A DNA stretch of 32,000 bases from Demequinaceae bacterium. GTDB lineage: Bacteria > Actinomycetota > Actinomycetes > Actinomycetales > Demequinaceae. The notes under the pieces are model-generated. The model saw only the letters and a program-made list of their open reading frames with translations. It had not been told where the DNA came from and did no database searches. The DNA is taken from contig OZ252279.1 in NCBI GenBank assembly GCA_965250005.1, forward strand, positions 1,110,001 through 1,142,000, in the 5' to 3' direction. Positions 29,244 through 32,000 of this stretch are shown piece by piece; positions within the stretch are counted from its first letter, which is position 1; each line of letters opens with the position of its first letter. A program made the translations under genes and the position numbers.

Positions 29244-30022
29244 TCGCGGCTCGCCTTTGTCGGGTTGGAGGTGGTGGCCTTCTTCGACTCCCGCTTTGCC
29301 TTCGCGATCCCACTCTTGACTGGCTTCTTTCGCTTGCCGCGTACCGGGATGTCATCAAGGTCCGGAAGCTCCGGCGGTTCGAGACCGACCTTTGCTAGGG
29401 CCTTGTCCACGATTACGCCAAGGATGACGCCACCGACCACTCCAACAACAACCGAGAAGAGCAGGCGACCCTCGAAAAGGCTTCCGGCGAACAACCCAAG
29501 CGCCACACCGTACGTGGCCCAGATGACCGCCGCGACGGCGTCAATCCCCATGAACCGGCGGCGGGGATATCGCAAGGCGCCTGCGGTCAAGTTCATCGCG
29601 ATGCGGCCACCCGGAACGAACCGCGCCGCAATGATGAAGGAAACGCCGCGGTTTTCGAGCGCGTGCTCGGCCCAGTCGGCCAACGCATGCCCGCGTGCAG
29701 ACGACATCCCCGGGATGCGCCGAACATTGATGAATGTCCCGATCGTGTACGCGATTTGATCGCCACACCACGCGCCGAGCATCGCGGCGAGCCAGACGAG
29801 CCAAATCACCGGGGTCCCTGTCTGCGCCCATGCGGTCGAGGTCGCGATGACCACTGACTCGGAGGGCACCACGGGAACTATCGCGTCCGTAAGCGACAAC
29901 CCAAAGACGCTCGGGTATATCCACGCGGACTCGGTGAGCGTGAGAATGTGCTCCTCAGTCGCGGCCTCGAACCCGGATATCCAGGCCCAAGTATCTGCCC
30001 ACCATCCGCCAGGCTCGCTCAC
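29240..30022 (-). CDS. DedA-family (VTT/SNARE-associated domain) membrane protein with Lys-rich C-terminal tail
   Basis: DedA motifs are [14 protein letters not shown] and [18 protein letters not shown], with multiple TM helices. The GTG start overlaps the glmM stop (GTGA). Confidence 0.8.
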   Translation of the reverse strand: MSEPGGWWADTWAWISGFEAATEEHILTLTESAWIYPSVFGLSLTDAIVPVVPSESVVIATSTAWAQTGTPVIWLVWLAAMLGAWCGDQIAYTIGTFINVRRIPGMSSARGHALADWAEHALENRGVSFIIAARFVPGGRIAMNLTAGALRYPRRRFMGIDAVAAVIWATYGVALGLFAGSLFEGRLLFSVVVGVVGGVILGVIVDKALAKVGLEPPELPDLDDIPVRGKRKKPVKSGIAKAKRESKKATTSNPTKASRD

Positions 30023-31386
30023 TCGAGATCTAACTGCTTCGCGACGACGTCAGCAAGTTGCTGTGCGGTGGCGCGAGCTTCATCTTGAGTTTCAGCCTCG
30101 ACCATAACCCGCACCAACGGCTCGGTCCCTGACGGACGGAGCAGCACTCGGCCGGCGTCGCCGAGCTTGGCTCGTGTTGCGGCGACGGCCGCCTGGAGTG
30201 TCTCGTCCGTGTCCACGCGCGCCCGATCAACATTTGCTACGTTGATGAGTTCCTGGGGCAATGGCGCGATCACAGCGCAAAGGGTCTTCAGGGGCTGCTG
30301 CACACGAGCGACCTCTGCGGCCAGCAAGAGAGCGGTGAGCACGCCGTCGCCGGTAGTCGCAAATTCAGAGACGATCACATGGCCCGACTGCTCCGCGCCG
30401 AGCGAGTAGCCTCCCGCACGCATGGCTTCGAGCACGTAGCGGTCGCCAACCGGAGCCGTAATCACTTCAATTCCGGCGTTGCGCATCGCGCGGTGAAGCG
30501 CGAGATTGCTCATCACTGTTGCCACGAGCGTGTCCGCGTAGAGAGTGCCCGAACGCTTCATTGAACTGGCGAGCACACCCATAATCTGGTCACCGTCAAC
30601 GCTATTGCCTTCGTGATCAACCGCGAGACACCTGTCAGCGTCCCCGTCAAAGGCGACACCGAGGTCGGCTCCGGCCGCAATCACGGCCGTCTGGAGCCCC
30701 TCCAAGTGGGTTGAGCCGACGCCGTCGTTGATGTTGCGGCCGTCCGGCGCAGCATTGGTGACCGTGACGTTTGCGCCGGCTGCCTTGAGCGCCGCAGGCC
30801 CCACTTTGCTGGCAGCGCCATTTGCTGCGTCGACAACAACCGATACCCCACGCAAAGGTTGGTCCTTGCCAGCAAATTTTTGCGCGGCTGCAACGACGTG
30901 CCTGACGTATTCCTGCTCGAGGTCACTCGCGCTATCGATGTTTCCGACATCTTCGCCAATGGGGCGCTCCCAATCTTGGCCGATGCGTTCCTCAATCGCC
31001 GCCTCGATCGCGTCGTCAAGCTTGTGCCCGCCGCGGGAGAAGAATTTTATGCCATTGTCGGGCATAGCGTTGTGTGACGCGGAGATAGCGACGCCGAGGT
31101 CTGCCCCCGTCGACGCGACCAAGTAGGCGATTCCTGGCGTTGGCAAGACGCCAACGTCTATGACGTCGACGCCCGCACTCGCGAGCCCCGCGCTCACGGC
31201 ACCGCTCAGCATTGGCCCGGACAGACGCGTGTCGCGCCCGACAATCGCGCGCGGCCGATGGCCAGAGAACTCGCCGCGCGCGTTGAGCTCGTGGGCAGCG
31301 CATACCGCAAGACTTAGCGCGAGTTCTGCAGTGACCTCGCGATTCGCGAGGCCACGAACTCCGTCCGTCCCAAACAGTCGCGCCAT
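30019..31386 (-). CDS. glmM: phosphoglucosamine mutase
   Basis: The start was set at [12 protein letters not shown] (ATG 31386). The phosphoserine loop is [15 protein letters not shown], the metal loop is FDGDADR, and GAEQSGH is present. The ORF-track extension to 31638 overlaps rpsI and was rejected. Confidence 0.96.
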   Translation of the reverse strand: MARLFGTDGVRGLANREVTAELALSLAVCAAHELNARGEFSGHRPRAIVGRDTRLSGPMLSGAVSAGLASAGVDVIDVGVLPTPGIAYLVASTGADLGVAISASHNAMPDNGIKFFSRGGHKLDDAIEAAIEERIGQDWERPIGEDVGNIDSASDLEQEYVRHVVAAAQKFAGKDQPLRGVSVVVDAANGAASKVGPAALKAAGANVTVTNAAPDGRNINDGVGSTHLEGLQTAVIAAGADLGVAFDGDADRCLAVDHEGNSVDGDQIMGVLASSMKRSGTLYADTLVATVMSNLALHRAMRNAGIEVITAPVGDRYVLEAMRAGGYSLGAEQSGHVIVSEFATTGDGVLTALLLAAEVARVQQPLKTLCAVIAPLPQELINVANVDRARVDTDETLQAAVAATRAKLGDAGRVLLRPSGTEPLVRVMVEAETQDEARATAQQLADVVAKQLDLE

Positions 31387-31396
31387 GCGCGCAATG

Positions 31397-31978
31397 CTAT
31401 CGCTTGGAGTACTGCGGAGCGCGACGGGCCTTTTTGAGACCTGCCTTCTTCCGTTCGACTGCACGCGCGTCGCGCGTAAGGAAGCCAGCGCTCTTAAGTT
31501 CGGCTCGGTTGGCTTCGCCGTCGATCTCGTTGAGGGCACGTGCCACGCCGAGGCGCAGGGCACCGGCCTGGCCTGAGGGCCCACCGCCCGTAATGCGAGC
31601 ATGCACGTCGAACTTGTCCTCGATGTCGAGAAGCGCAAACGGGCTGTTGACGAGCTGCTGGTGAACTTTGTTCGGGAAGTAGGTGTCGAGATCGCGGCCG
31701 TTGAGGAGCCACTGCCCGCTTCCAGGAACTAGGCGCACGCGCGCGACGGCTTCCTTGCGGCGGCCAAGGCCCGCACCGGGCTCGATGGCGGACTGTCCGA
31801 GACCGCGCTCGCGCACCGTCTCCGTTGAATACTCGGGCGCGCCTTCACCCTCAACGGGTGCGCTTGACACGGGTGCGCCCTCTTCTGGAGTTGCCGCTGC
31901 TTCCGGAGCTGCGGCTGCGGTGGTCTGGACCTCAGTGGCTTTGACCTCAGCGGCCTCGACCTCAGTGGTCTCGGGCAT
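31397..31978 (-). CDS. rpsI: 30S ribosomal protein S9 with extended acidic/Ala/Pro-rich N-terminus
   Basis: Motifs are [36 protein letters not shown] and the C-terminal [15 protein letters not shown] 31978 is the only in-frame ATG upstream of the conserved core. Confidence 0.93.
   Translation of the reverse strand: MPETTEVEAAEVKATEVQTTAAAAPEAAATPEEGAPVSSAPVEGEGAPEYSTETVRERGLGQSAIEPGAGLGRRKEAVARVRLVPGSGQWLLNGRDLDTYFPNKVHQQLVNSPFALLDIEDKFDVHARITGGGPSGQAGALRLGVARALNEIDGEANRAELKSAGFLTRDARAVERKKAGLKKARRAPQYSKR
31928..31972 (-). repeat. three tandem 15-nt repeats (GACCTCAGYGG...) in the rpsI 5' coding region
   Basis: The units are 31928-31942, 31943-31957 and 31958-31972. Each shares GACCTCAG(T/C)GG, and together they encode the pentapeptide repeats [15 protein letters not shown]. 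Confidence 0.85.
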
Positions 31979-32000
31979 GGTCTCGTTCGTTGCTTCAGGC

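Overview
High-GC Actinomycetota chromosomal core segment, densely packed with about 30 CDS. I found no rRNA, tRNA, CRISPR array, transposase, integrase or phage genes by eye. Gene order follows the conserved actinobacterial block known from Mycobacterium tuberculosis: guaA ... guaB3-guaB, whiB3-like, groES, tsaD(gcp), rimI, tsaB, tsaE, alr ... glmS ... glmM-rpsI. Also present are pta-ackA, an Uup-like ABC-F ATPase, coaA, a DedA protein and a PspC-type envelope-stress module. Many neighbours overlap start and stop codons (GTGA, ATGA, TAGTG), so long minus-strand operons are likely. I do not see a self-contained novel multi-gene system such as a defence island. The most unusual content is three paralogous membrane-anchored GGDEF diguanylate cyclases bracketing guaA. 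One of them is chained by overlapping codons to SURF1-DUF3817-guaA. The second point of interest is a 432-bp gap without a credible CDS between ackA and the ABC-F gene, containing hairpins and an SD-preceded uORF that overlaps the ABC-F start region. Smaller observations: groES with a perfect CIRCE operator but no groEL; a DEDDh exonuclease wedged between guaB and guaB3; a RutE-like gene splitting the t6A operon; a GH3 gene coupled to tsaD; two convergent gene pairs sharing a CTAG stop palindrome; and in-frame tandem repeats in coaA and rpsI. Several ORF-track starts were trimmed to conserved N-termini. All functional calls come from motif recognition by eye, not from database searches.
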